A DNA stretch of 41,736 bases from positions 1 to 41,736 of the forward strand of contig JAATGX010000211.1 in assembly GCA_015688915.1 (NCBI GenBank), written 5' to 3'. The notes under the pieces are model-generated. The model saw nothing but the letters and a program-made list of their open reading frames with translations. It was not told where the DNA came from and searched no databases. How positions within the stretch are numbered: the first letter of the stretch is position 1; every line of letters begins with the position of its first letter. This DNA is from Desulfuromonadales bacterium. Lineage in GTDB: Bacteria; Desulfobacterota; Desulfuromonadia; Geobacterales; Pseudopelobacteraceae. A program made the position numbers and the translations under genes. Of the stretch, positions 1 to 8,947 are shown piece after piece.

Positions 1-90
1 GGCTCAGATCCTTCCGGACTGGTTGACGGAAGATTCCAGGTAAAACCCCTCTTGCGCAGATTTGAATCCAATACGACAGGAATCTTATGA
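1..90 (+). CDS. fliF: 3' end of upstream ORF, probably flagellar MS-ring protein FliF (partial)
   Basis: Frame 1 is open from base 1 to TGA at 88-90. The stop overlaps the fliG ATG (ATGA coupling). Position fits the conserved fliF-fliG order. Only 29 codons are visible and no motif is recognisable. Confidence 0.4.
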   Translation, partial: GSDPSGLVDGRFQVKPLLRRFESNTTGIL

Positions 91-1079
91 CGGGCGCCGA
101 TAAAGCCGCAATCCTGCTCCTCTACCTGGGCAACGACGTCACCAGGCAGGTCTTCGAGCATCTGGACGACACAGAAATAAAAAAGATCAGCAAAAGCATG
201 GCCACGCTCGGCCACATCAGCCGCACCACCATCATGGAAGTGGTCGAAGACTACACGAACACCATCAACCCCGAATCAGGCATCTTCTCCCAAGGGGAAG
301 AATTCGTCCGCCGGATCCTGGAACAAGCGCTCGGCCCGGTCAAGGCCGAAATGCTCATGGAAGAACTGCAAGCCTCCAGCTATGGCGACCTTGTGGACGT
401 CCTCTCCAACATGGACCCCAAAAGCATCGCCAACTTCCTCTCCCAGGAACACCCCCAAACGATAGCCGTGATCCTGGCCAAGCTCAAATCCAAACAAACC
501 AGCGAAATCATCAGCCTGCTGCCCCAGGAACAACAAGCCGAAGTAGTCCTGCGCATTGCCGACGTCGAACAAGTCTCCCCGGAAATACTCCAGGAAATCG
601 ACGAAGTGATGAGACGTGAAATCGACTCCATGGGCGGCACCCAGCGCTACAAAGTCGGCGGCATCGAAAAAGTCGTCGACATGTTCAACCACTTCGAACG
701 AAGCAAGGAAAAACAGATCCTCGACAAACTGGACGTACTCAGTCCCCCTTTGGCGGAAATCATCCGCAAACACCTCTTCACCTTTGACGACATCTTCCAG
801 CTCGATGCCCGGAGCATCCAGTCCATCATGCGCGAGGTCAGCAACGACACGCTCACCCTGGCCATGAAAACCTCATCGGACGACGTCAAAGACAAAATAT
901 TCAAAAACATCTCCAGCCGCGCGGCCGACATGATCCGTGAAGACCTTGAGGTAATGGGCCCTGTACGTCTTTCCGACGTGGAAAAAGCGCAATCGGAAAT
1001 CATCAAGATAGTCCGCAAGATGGAAGAAGAAGGCAAGATAGTCCTTGCCGGCCGCGGAGGGGACGATGTCCTCGTCTAA
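87..1079 (+). CDS. fliG: flagellar motor switch protein FliG
   Basis: 330 aa with full-length FliG-like sequence (DKAAILLL..., C-terminal ...MREDLE..GPVRLSDVE.AQ..I). Sits directly upstream of fliH and fliI. Confidence 0.95.
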   Translation: MTGADKAAILLLYLGNDVTRQVFEHLDDTEIKKISKSMATLGHISRTTIMEVVEDYTNTINPESGIFSQGEEFVRRILEQALGPVKAEMLMEELQASSYGDLVDVLSNMDPKSIANFLSQEHPQTIAVILAKLKSKQTSEIISLLPQEQQAEVVLRIADVEQVSPEILQEIDEVMRREIDSMGGTQRYKVGGIEKVVDMFNHFERSKEKQILDKLDVLSPPLAEIIRKHLFTFDDIFQLDARSIQSIMREVSNDTLTLAMKTSSDDVKDKIFKNISSRAADMIREDLEVMGPVRLSDVEKAQSEIIKIVRKMEEEGKIVLAGRGGDDVLV

Positions 1080-1845
1080 GGTGATCAAATCGATGGAAAA
1101 TGTTTCCGACGATCTCACGGAATTCAGCTTCAAGCCGATTGGCCAACTGGTGATCTCCGCTCCAGGCGACGCTTCCTCAGGATTCACACCCACGGCGTCG
1201 CCCGGAGAAACAACGGGATTCGTTCCCATCGGACTGTTTGACACTCCGGAGAGTGACGAGGAGAGCCCTGCCGAGGAGGAGATTCATGAAGAGCCTCCCC
1301 CCCCGGGAATAACCCTGAGTGAGGAGGAGTTGGATCAGCGTCTTCGCGAATCTTTTCAAAGTGGCCTCCAGGAAGGGAAAAGCCTGGCCGAGCGGGGACT
1401 CTTTAATGTATTCACTTCCCTGAGGTCGGCAGCGGAAAGTCTGCATGGCCTGCGGGAAAAGGTCTTGCGCGAGTCAGAAGATGAACTCGTCAGGCTTGTC
1501 ATGAGGGTTGCGGCCAAGGTCATTCAGCGCGAGGTGGCGCAGGATGACCACATCCTGTTGAATGTCGTGAGAGCGGCTACCGCGGGCATTTCAGCGCGTG
1601 ATGAAATAATAATCCATCTGCATCCCACCGATTACGCAATGGTAACTACCAGCCATGAGGATTATTTCCGCCAGGAGCCTTTCGCAGACAAGATGCAGTT
1701 GAAAGCCGACCCTGAAGTATCTCAGGGGTCCTGTCGGGTGGCCACGGAGATGGGGACCATCGATGCCAGTTTCGATTCCCAAATGGACGAAATCTTTCGT
1801 CGTTTGCAGGAAGAACGCAGTATGACGTCGGGTAAGGGCGCCTAG
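1066..1845 (+). CDS. fliH: flagellar assembly protein FliH
   Basis: ORF 1045-1845. ATG 1066 is preferred because GGAGGGG lies at 1053-1059, 6 nt upstream. Acidic N-terminal half and FliH/YscL-like C-terminal half. Located between fliG and fliI. Confidence 0.8.
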   Translation: MSSSKVIKSMENVSDDLTEFSFKPIGQLVISAPGDASSGFTPTASPGETTGFVPIGLFDTPESDEESPAEEEIHEEPPPPGITLSEEELDQRLRESFQSGLQEGKSLAERGLFNVFTSLRSAAESLHGLREKVLRESEDELVRLVMRVAAKVIQREVAQDDHILLNVVRAATAGISARDEIIIHLHPTDYAMVTTSHEDYFRQEPFADKMQLKADPEVSQGSCRVATEMGTIDASFDSQMDEIFRRLQEERSMTSGKGA

Positions 1846-1865
1846 CGCTCGGGAGAGATTGCGCT

Positions 1866-3185
1866 GTGCCCGATTTGTCACTCAATCTGTCCAAATATAG
1901 AGCGGCTGTGGAGTCAGCCAACCCGATCAGGCTGCGCGGCAAGGTTACCCAGGTCGTGGGATTGGTCATTGAGGGGTATTGTCCTGACACCTCGGTTGGT
2001 GCTATTTGCCAGATATGGCCGCAGGAGGGTGAGCCGATCCTTGCCGAGGTGGTCGGTTTCCGCGATAACAAGACACTGCTCATGCCTCTGGGAGAGGTCA
2101 GGGGAGTGGGGCTGGACAGCCTGATTACCGTCAAGCGCGATAACGCGTCCATGGGCGTTGGCCCGCTCATGCTGGGGCGGGTGATCGATGGTTTGGGCAA
2201 CCCCATTGACGGCAAGGGACTGTTGCAGGTCGAGGAAGAGTATCCGATCTATGCGGCGCCGGTAAATCCCATGACACGCCCCCCCATTCGCCAGCCCCTG
2301 GATCTGGGGATCAGGAGTATCAACGGGCTGTTGACATGCGGACAGGGACAACGCGTAGGTATCATGGCCGGCTCTGGTGTCGGAAAGTCGACACTGCTCG
2401 GCATGATCGCCCGTTATACCGAAGCGGACGTCAATGTTATCGCGCTGATCGGTGAACGTGGTCGCGAATTGCGCGAGTTCATCGAAAAAGACCTTCAGGA
2501 AACGGGCTTGAAAAAGTCGGTTGTCGTGGTCGCCACCTCGGACCAACCGCCGCTGGTACGCATGAGAGGCGCTTACATCGCCACGACCATTGCGGAATAT
2601 TTCCAGAAACAGGGCAAGAAGGTTCTGCTCATGATGGACTCAGCCACCCGTTTTGCCATGGCTATGCGCGAGGTTGGCCTGGCCATCGGCGAGCCGCCCA
2701 CGACCAAGGGGTACACACCTTCGGTGTTTGCCGCATTGCCCAAGCTGCTGGAGCGCGCCGGCAATTTCCCGGAGGGAAACATTACCGGTTTGTACACGGT
2801 GCTTGTCGAGGGGGATGATTTCAACGAGCCGATCTCCGATGCCATGCGCAGTATCCTGGATGGGCATATTGTCCTTTCGCGGAGCCTGGCGGCACGCAAC
2901 GTCTATCCTCCCATAGACATCCTTGCCAGCGCCAGCCGGGTCATGAACGATGTAGTTTCCCAGCGCCACCTGGAGTTGGCGGGGATGTTCAAGGAAGCCC
3001 TGGCCACCTACAAGCAGTCTGAAGATCTGATCAACATTGGGGCGTACAAGGCGGGCAGTAACTCCGGCATAGATTATGCTGTATCAAAGCATGACAAAAT
3101 AATTGCATACCTCAAACAGGCTATTTCCGACCCGATCCCCCTGCAGGAGGCCCTGCAAGGTTTGGAGAACATCTTCAAGGACTGA
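1866..3185 (+). CDS. fliI: flagellum-specific ATPase FliI
   Basis: 439 aa with Walker A GSGVGKSTLL and F1/T3SS ATPase-like sequence throughout. GTG start. Confidence 0.95.
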   Translation: MPDLSLNLSKYRAAVESANPIRLRGKVTQVVGLVIEGYCPDTSVGAICQIWPQEGEPILAEVVGFRDNKTLLMPLGEVRGVGLDSLITVKRDNASMGVGPLMLGRVIDGLGNPIDGKGLLQVEEEYPIYAAPVNPMTRPPIRQPLDLGIRSINGLLTCGQGQRVGIMAGSGVGKSTLLGMIARYTEADVNVIALIGERGRELREFIEKDLQETGLKKSVVVVATSDQPPLVRMRGAYIATTIAEYFQKQGKKVLLMMDSATRFAMAMREVGLAIGEPPTTKGYTPSVFAALPKLLERAGNFPEGNITGLYTVLVEGDDFNEPISDAMRSILDGHIVLSRSLAARNVYPPIDILASASRVMNDVVSQRHLELAGMFKEALATYKQSEDLINIGAYKAGSNSGIDYAVSKHDKIIAYLKQAISDPIPLQEALQGLENIFKD

Positions 3186-3222
3186 TGATGCGGGCGCATG
3201 GCTGTCAGGGAGGTGAGCGTTT

Positions 3223-3669
3223 GTGGCAGGAAAACGATTTGAACTGGAACAGGTACTCAAATATCGCGTAGAAGTCGAACGGATGCGTTTGCAGGATTTT
3301 GCGGCCGCCAAACGGGACTTTGAACATGCCAGCGATCAGCTTGTCCTGCAGGAAATGCAGATGGAAAACATTGCCAATGAGTTCTGTCAACGCCATGGCG
3401 ATATGGACTGTATTGAAGAGTTGCGTAGGTATGCCGACTTTTTTTCACGTAAGCGCGAAGAGATCAAGGAACGGAAAGAACGGATCGAACTGCTGGAGCA
3501 GGTTATGAATGATCAGCGTGAAACGCTGCTGGATGCCACAAAGGATAAAAAAGTGCTGGAATCGCTCAAGGATAAGAAGGCAAAGGAATTCAGAAAGACC
3601 ATGGATCAGAAGGAACAGGCGTTCATGGACGAGATCTCCATTCAGAAAAAGGGTGGGCACTCTCAATGA
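3223..3669 (+). CDS. fliJ: flagellar export chaperone FliJ
   Basis: 148-aa charged coiled-coil protein immediately after fliI. GTG start with GGGAGGTGA 6 nt upstream. Confidence 0.7.
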   Translation: MAGKRFELEQVLKYRVEVERMRLQDFAAAKRDFEHASDQLVLQEMQMENIANEFCQRHGDMDCIEELRRYADFFSRKREEIKERKERIELLEQVMNDQRETLLDATKDKKVLESLKDKKAKEFRKTMDQKEQAFMDEISIQKKGGHSQ

Positions 3670-4235
3670 AACGATTAGTTGTGCTCGGTATCGCGGTTGC
3701 GATCTTTGCAGGCAGCCTGTTCCTGGACAGATTCCGGCTTGGGGCGTTGAACGCCGGCGCCGAGAGCCAAGCGACCCCGAAAACACCTGCCGAGACGGCC
3801 AAAGGGCAGGAAAATGCGCAATCGCAACAGCCTCTAAGCGCTTCCCGGGCAGCCCGGGAAGAGAAGGCTCTTCAAGATGCCCGCCGCCAACAGATCGCGG
3901 AAAAAGAGGCGGCCTTGGCAGCCAAGGAGCAGGAGCTGAAGAAGCTGGGAGCAAAACTGGATTCCCAGGTCAAGGCCTTGGAAGATTCGAAAAAACGCCT
4001 GGATGATTCGTTAAAGGTGCAGAAGAAGGGCCTGGACGAGAAACAGAAAAAAATGATCGGGCTTTTCAAGAAGATGCGCCCTGAACAGGCTGGTCAACTC
4101 ATGGACAAACTCGAGGAGGATAAGGTCATTTCCCTGCTCGACCAGATGGACACAAAAACGGTTATTAAATTGGTGCCGTTCTTGAAACAGCCCAGAGTAT
4201 TGAAATGGATCAACGAGAATCTCAAGGGTGTATAA
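3666..4235 (+). CDS. YlxF/MotE-like flagellar protein (N-terminal TM helix, coiled coil, MgtE_N-like C-terminus)
   Basis: 189 aa with ATGA overlap onto the fliJ stop. Same position as ylxF in the Bacillus fla/che operon. The family call rests on synteny and architecture only. Confidence 0.5.
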   Translation: MKRLVVLGIAVAIFAGSLFLDRFRLGALNAGAESQATPKTPAETAKGQENAQSQQPLSASRAAREEKALQDARRQQIAEKEAALAAKEQELKKLGAKLDSQVKALEDSKKRLDDSLKVQKKGLDEKQKKMIGLFKKMRPEQAGQLMDKLEEDKVISLLDQMDTKTVIKLVPFLKQPRVLKWINENLKGV

Positions 4236-4300
4236 GACTTTTATGGACAGTGTTACTGTCCAGGTCCATAAAAAATCCAACGGAAAGGAGGTGAGAACAA

Positions 4301-6175
4301 ATGGATATAGGACAGATGAATATGATGGCGCAGATGCTGACTGGCGCGACCGGGCCCGTTGCTGCATCGGCGACCTCCGCAACGGCGACGCCGCTTGTGG
4401 GGGATCAGAAGGCCGGTGACAGTTTCGCCGGAATGTTGCTCGGGATATCGCCGCAGACTCCCGGCCAGCCGGCAGCCACGGCCGGCCCGACAAAAACGGG
4501 AAACCCGAAAGTACCTGACGAAATCGGTAAGGACATTACCGACGTTCAGCAGGATGTTAAGCCGGATGATATGCTGGCCATGTTGCTGACGATGATCGGG
4601 AGCGGAAGCCAATTACCTCCCAATGTTGTAACGGGCCCGTCGGAAGAACCCGCTGAATCGAAACAACCGGACCCATCACCGTCACAGGATGTGGCGCTGT
4701 ACGCGGCAGGGGCGCAGGTCGTCCTGCCGGCACAGATCAACGGCAGAATGCCGGAATCGGATGGAGCTGGACAGGTAGTCGGTGATGCGGTAATGGCACT
4801 ACCTGTGGTTGGCACGGTTACGAGCGTGGTGCCGCTTCAGGAGAATACGGACAATCAGACAGCACATGCCAACGGCACCACCGCCAAGGTGTCACTTCAG
4901 GAAAACACGGACAGTCAGGCGGCACATGCCAATGACACCACCGCCAAGGTGTCGCTTCAGAAGAATACGGGTAGTCAGGCGGCATTGGGTTTCGCCCGGA
5001 GCCTGAGCAAAAATGACGTTTCAGACGGGGCATTGGCGAATGTCGTATTTCGTGAACCATTTTCACGGCAGCCAACGGGCTCTGCTCCCTTAGAAGAAGG
5101 GGGGGAGATACGGATACCGCTCCAACAGCCACAGCAAGCGGCCGCCACACAACCCGAGGTAAAAGCGGTTCAAACACCACCGCCGGCCGGCACTGCCAGC
5201 GCACCGCTCGAAACAGCGCCAAAACCGGAGATCCCGATGGTGCATGACGTCAAGGTCATGCAGCCGGAAGCACCGCAGGCACGTGCGACTGCCGGGACGG
5301 GGAAGTTGACGGAAGTCACTGTTGCTGCCGTTCCCCTGCCTCCCGAGATGAACACGAATCAACCCCCGGTTGCCGAGCCCGCCAAGGAGGTTGCCAAGCT
5401 TCATACGGCGACGTTGCCACATGAAGCCGTGCTTGCAGGCAATCAACCGCATGTTGATTCCACCCCGGAAAAACCTGCCGTTATGGCCGAACACAACCTG
5501 AAGGCGGGTGTTGCTCAGCAGACCGCCACAACAAAAGAGGGCTTGGCCGACGGTTCCGATTCCGGAACCTCGGGTGAAAAGTTTGAAGGATTCCTGCCGA
5601 AGCTGGCGGAAACTCCCGCCAATGGTATACAGCAGATGACTGGCGGGCATCAGGTGCTTTTCACCGAGGCGCTTGGGTCGGCAACACCACAATCGGTCCA
5701 GGCAACTGCTCCCGGCCCGGTCAACCACGAACCGGTCGCCAGCCAGGTGCAGGAGCAACTGGCAAACCACAACCTGAAACCGGGGAATGATCAGATAACC
5801 TTCAAACTCTCTCCGGAACATCTGGGTGATATCAAGGTTAACCTCAGCCTGCAGGACCAGCGCCTGAGGGTTGAGATCGTCGCGGAAAACCGGGTGGCGC
5901 GGGATAGCCTGCTTCAGCACGTTGATTCGCTGAAGGAGTCCCTGGCGCGCCAGAACATCAGCGTCGAGAAGTTTGACGTAACGACCGGTGGCGGCAGCAA
6001 CACAGGCAGCCAAGGCAATAACGCCCAGGGTGAATGGCGTGAGCTTGTAAAAAACAGGCAGGCGCAGCAATGGCAATCATCCGGGGGATACCGTACTTCG
6101 ACGGCTGAAGCGGTTCCGTCCCTGCCGGTATACCAGGCACAAGCGGGACACGCGATGCTTGACGTACATTTTTAA
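4301..6175 (+). CDS. fliK: flagellar hook-length control protein FliK
   Basis: 624 aa with a Pro/Ala/Gln-rich low-complexity body. C-terminal Flg_hook-like domain (ITFKLSPEHLGDIKVNLSLQDQRLRVEIVAEN...). Strong RBS GGAAAGGAGGTGA. Confidence 0.8.
   Translation: MDIGQMNMMAQMLTGATGPVAASATSATATPLVGDQKAGDSFAGMLLGISPQTPGQPAATAGPTKTGNPKVPDEIGKDITDVQQDVKPDDMLAMLLTMIGSGSQLPPNVVTGPSEEPAESKQPDPSPSQDVALYAAGAQVVLPAQINGRMPESDGAGQVVGDAVMALPVVGTVTSVVPLQENTDNQTAHANGTTAKVSLQENTDSQAAHANDTTAKVSLQKNTGSQAALGFARSLSKNDVSDGALANVVFREPFSRQPTGSAPLEEGGEIRIPLQQPQQAAATQPEVKAVQTPPPAGTASAPLETAPKPEIPMVHDVKVMQPEAPQARATAGTGKLTEVTVAAVPLPPEMNTNQPPVAEPAKEVAKLHTATLPHEAVLAGNQPHVDSTPEKPAVMAEHNLKAGVAQQTATTKEGLADGSDSGTSGEKFEGFLPKLAETPANGIQQMTGGHQVLFTEALGSATPQSVQATAPGPVNHEPVASQVQEQLANHNLKPGNDQITFKLSPEHLGDIKVNLSLQDQRLRVEIVAENRVARDSLLQHVDSLKESLARQNISVEKFDVTTGGGSNTGSQGNNAQGEWRELVKNRQAQQWQSSGGYRTSTAEAVPSLPVYQAQAGHAMLDVHF
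4829..4984 (+). repeat. 60-nt (20-codon) tandem repeat, 2.6 copies, inside fliK
   Basis: Units at 4829-4888, 4889-4948 and 4949-4984 (partial). They encode V(P/S)LQENTD(N/S)Q(T/A)AHAN(G/D)TTAK. Units 1 and 2 differ at 9 of 60 nt by hand alignment. Confidence 0.85.
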
Positions 6176-6190
6176 CATAAGGAGCTAACC

Positions 6191-6859
6191 ATGAGCAGCG
6201 TAGGCAGCACAACGGACGCACCTGCCGCAACATCGACACAGGATGCGATGAAACAGGACCTGGGTTTGAACAGCAGTGATTTTCTCACGCTGTTCGTTGC
6301 CCAACTCCAGAATCAGGACCCGCTTGCACCGCAAGACCCGAGCGCAATGCTCAGCCAGCTTGCCCAAATGACCCAGGTGGAGCAGGCCTACAACACCAAT
6401 ACGGCACTACAGAACCTGCTGACGGCTCAGAATAACGCTTCAGCCATGAATTCGGTTTCATTCATCGGCGGAGTTGTCAAGGCAAACGGCAACGCAGCGG
6501 CTTTTGACGGCACAAACGCGGTGCCGCTCCAGTTCAATCTCTCCGTGCCGGCCGCTTCGGGCACCGTTACCATCTCGGACGCATCGGGGCGTACCGTCAG
6601 GACCGCCTCCCTGGGGGCACAATCGGCGGGCGACTCCAGCTTTACCTGGGATGGCAAGGACAACAATGGTGCGACATTGCCTGCCGGCGCCTACACCTTT
6701 GCCGTGAACGGCACAACGGCTGATCGATCTGCGGTCACAGCTACAACCTACACCACCGGGCGCGTGGATGGTGTTTCGTTTGTCAATGGCGTTCCAGTCC
6801 TCACCATCGGCGGCTTCTCGGTTTCGCTGTCGGATATCGTCAGCGTGAAGGGGGCGTGA
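6191..6859 (+). CDS. flgD: flagellar hook capping/assembly protein FlgD
   Basis: 222 aa with the FlgD N-terminal motif (FLTLFVAQLQNQDPL.P) and a FLgD Ig-like C-terminal region. Confidence 0.9.
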   Translation: MSSVGSTTDAPAATSTQDAMKQDLGLNSSDFLTLFVAQLQNQDPLAPQDPSAMLSQLAQMTQVEQAYNTNTALQNLLTAQNNASAMNSVSFIGGVVKANGNAAAFDGTNAVPLQFNLSVPAASGTVTISDASGRTVRTASLGAQSAGDSSFTWDGKDNNGATLPAGAYTFAVNGTTADRSAVTATTYTTGRVDGVSFVNGVPVLTIGGFSVSLSDIVSVKGA

Positions 6860-6866
6860 CCGAAAA

Positions 6867-7253
6867 ATGGTAGACCAGATTTTTTTCCCCAATCCGGTCC
6901 AACCGGGAAGGTCAGAACGCCCGCAACCACAGAAGCCGACAGCGGGGCAAACGGAAAACTCGACGTTTGCGAAGGTTCTTGACCAAAAACTGCCGTCGCA
7001 GGGGGTAAAATTCTCGCAGCATGCCCAGGAGCGGCTCAAGGCCCGCAACATCAGCTTCTCCGCCAACGACATTGCCAGCCTGGAAGGGGCCGTCAACAGC
7101 GTGGCCCAAAAAGGGGGCAAAGAGTCGCTGGTCATGATGGGAGACGCGGCGCTGGTGGTCAGCATCAAGAACCGGACCGTCGTCACCGCTCTGGATAAGG
7201 CGCAGATGCAGGGTAACGTATTCACCAACATCGATTCAGCGGTAATCCTGTAA
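6867..7253 (+). CDS. small flagellar operon protein (TIGR02530-like)
   Basis: 128 aa between flgD and flgE. The sequence (FSQHAQERLKARNISF...) resembles the conserved flagellar operon protein found at this position in spirochaetes and Firmicutes. Recalled from memory, not searched. Confidence 0.55.
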   Translation: MVDQIFFPNPVQPGRSERPQPQKPTAGQTENSTFAKVLDQKLPSQGVKFSQHAQERLKARNISFSANDIASLEGAVNSVAQKGGKESLVMMGDAALVVSIKNRTVVTALDKAQMQGNVFTNIDSAVIL

Positions 7254-7347
7254 CAACACGAAGGGCTGGACCTCCTTGAGGAAGCCCGCGAAGCGCCGAC
7301 CGATTGACGCGCTTCTCACAAACTCAAAGAATAGTGGAGGCATCACC

Positions 7348-8217
7348 ATGAGTATCACATCAGCAATGTACACCGGCGTATCCGGTCTTTTGGCAAACGC
7401 AGAGGGTATCAACGTCATCGGCAACAACCTGGCAAACGTGAATACCGTAGGTTTCAAAGGTTCCCGCATGCTCTTTTCCGACATGTTGTCCACATCCATC
7501 GGGAGCAATTCGCAGGTCGGCCACGGCGTGCAGATCCAGGCGGTGGATAATCTCTTCTCGGAGGGATCGACGCAGAGTACCACCAACACCACCGATGTGG
7601 CCATTCAGGGAGACGGTTTTTTTGCGCTCGTCGCTCCCGGCGCGGCCACTGGTACCGCCGCAAATGCCTATTACACACGGGCGGGCTCCTTCCGCCTCGA
7701 CAGTACCGGAACGAAATTGGTCAACCCCGATGGCTACGGGGTGCTTGACTCCGCCGGCAATGCCATTGTTTTCCCGGCAGATGATGGGGGCACGCCACCG
7801 AAAACTCTTCAGAAGGTCGCCGGAATAGATTCGACCGGCGCCATCTCCCTGTTGTATGCGGATGCAGCCGGCAACACCTCCACGCTGTATTACAACGGTC
7901 CTACTGGTACACTCCTTGCCACCCCGGTCGCCACTACTCCCAGGATCGCCGAGGTCACGATTCCCAACCCACAGGGGATGCTCAAGCAAGGTGGGTCGCT
8001 CTACACACTGACCGCTGACTCGGGAATCCCGGCTGCACTTAGCTATGCCAACGGCACCAGCGAGAAACTGCTCTCCAACACCCTGGAACTGAGCAATGTC
8101 GATATGGCGACCGAATTCGTGAACATGATCACCACCCAACGGGCCTATTCCGCCAACTCCAAGACCATCACCACGGCGGATCAGATGACCCAGGAAGTAC
8201 TGGCCCTGATACGGTAA
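7348..8217 (+). CDS. flgE: flagellar hook protein FlgE (short form, 289 aa)
   Basis: ATG 7348 is preceded by GGAGG at 7336-7340. N-terminal rod/hook motif SGL.A....[16 protein letters not shown] and C-terminal ...ELSNVDMATEFVNMITTQRAYSANSK. The TTG start at 7276 in the track adds a non-conserved basic extension. Confidence 0.85.
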   Translation: MSITSAMYTGVSGLLANAEGINVIGNNLANVNTVGFKGSRMLFSDMLSTSIGSNSQVGHGVQIQAVDNLFSEGSTQSTTNTTDVAIQGDGFFALVAPGAATGTAANAYYTRAGSFRLDSTGTKLVNPDGYGVLDSAGNAIVFPADDGGTPPKTLQKVAGIDSTGAISLLYADAAGNTSTLYYNGPTGTLLATPVATTPRIAEVTIPNPQGMLKQGGSLYTLTADSGIPAALSYANGTSEKLLSNTLELSNVDMATEFVNMITTQRAYSANSKTITTADQMTQEVLALIR

Positions 8218-8241
8218 CCCGGTCGGCCCGGCATAACGGAA

Positions 8242-8278
8242 CGGAGGTGTATCCCCGGTAATGGGGGATACACCTCCG
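8242..8278 (+). other. perfect 15-bp stem-loop 25 nt after the flgE stop
   Basis: CGGAGGTGTATCCCC (8242-8256), loop GGTAATG, GGGGATACACCTCCG (8264-8278). No U-tract follows, so it is more likely an mRNA-stabilising or processing hairpin than a strong terminator. Confidence 0.7.
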
Positions 8279-8378
8279 CATCCCTTTAATTGGTTGCAAA
8301 AAGAGCAGATTCGTTCTAGATTTTGCAGTATTTTACCCATTATATGAATTTATTATCCATCTAGCGGAGGAAAAGGTC

Positions 8379-8930
8379 ATGGCCAAGGACGAGCAGGGCG
8401 CCGCTGAAACCGAAGGCGAAGGCGGCAACAAGAAAAAGTTCATCATCATTGGCGCTGCCGTGGCTGTGGCGATCATTCTGGCTGCTGTGGTCTTTATGGT
8501 GATGGGCAAGGATGGCAAGAAGGAAGCCGGCAAGGACGAGGCAAAGACGGCGGAGGGCAAGGCGACCGACGCCAAGGCGGAAGGCGGTCATGGTGCCGCG
8601 GCCGGGGCTGGCGGAGCTGCCGCCGGCGCAACGAACATCTACCCCCTGGAGCCGTTCATCGTCAATATCTACGATGGGCAGGAATTGCGTTATCTGAAGG
8701 TCAAGGTTGAGTTGGAGATGGCCAGCCCGGCAATAAAACCCGAGCTGGATGCCCGCCTGGCACCGATTCGCGATGCCGTGCTGGTACTTCTGAGCACCAA
8801 AACGCTCCAGGAAGTCCAGGATGTCCAGGGTAAGAATCAGCTCAAGGAGGAAATCCTCGGGGCGATCAACAAGAACATACCCCCAGGCAAAATCGCCAAG
8901 GTCTATTTTACCGATTTCGTTGTGCAGTAG
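8379..8930 (+). CDS. fliL: flagellar basal-body-associated protein FliL
   Basis: 183 aa with one TM helix and a FliL-like C-terminus (YPLEPFIVNI...RYLKVKVELE...). RBS GGAGG. Confidence 0.85.
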   Translation: MAKDEQGAAETEGEGGNKKKFIIIGAAVAVAIILAAVVFMVMGKDGKKEAGKDEAKTAEGKATDAKAEGGHGAAAGAGGAAAGATNIYPLEPFIVNIYDGQELRYLKVKVELEMASPAIKPELDARLAPIRDAVLVLLSTKTLQEVQDVQGKNQLKEEILGAINKNIPPGKIAKVYFTDFVVQ

Positions 8931-8947
8931 GGGGTATTTCGGTGGCA

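Noticed and set aside
8285-8378. Sigma-54 / sigma-28 / sigma-70 promoter upstream of fliL
   Set aside because: TTGGTTGCAAAAAGAGC has GG and GC spaced one base too far apart for sigma-54. No GCCGATAA-like element is present. Only poor -35/-10 pairs were found. It is left as an unassigned AT-rich spacer.
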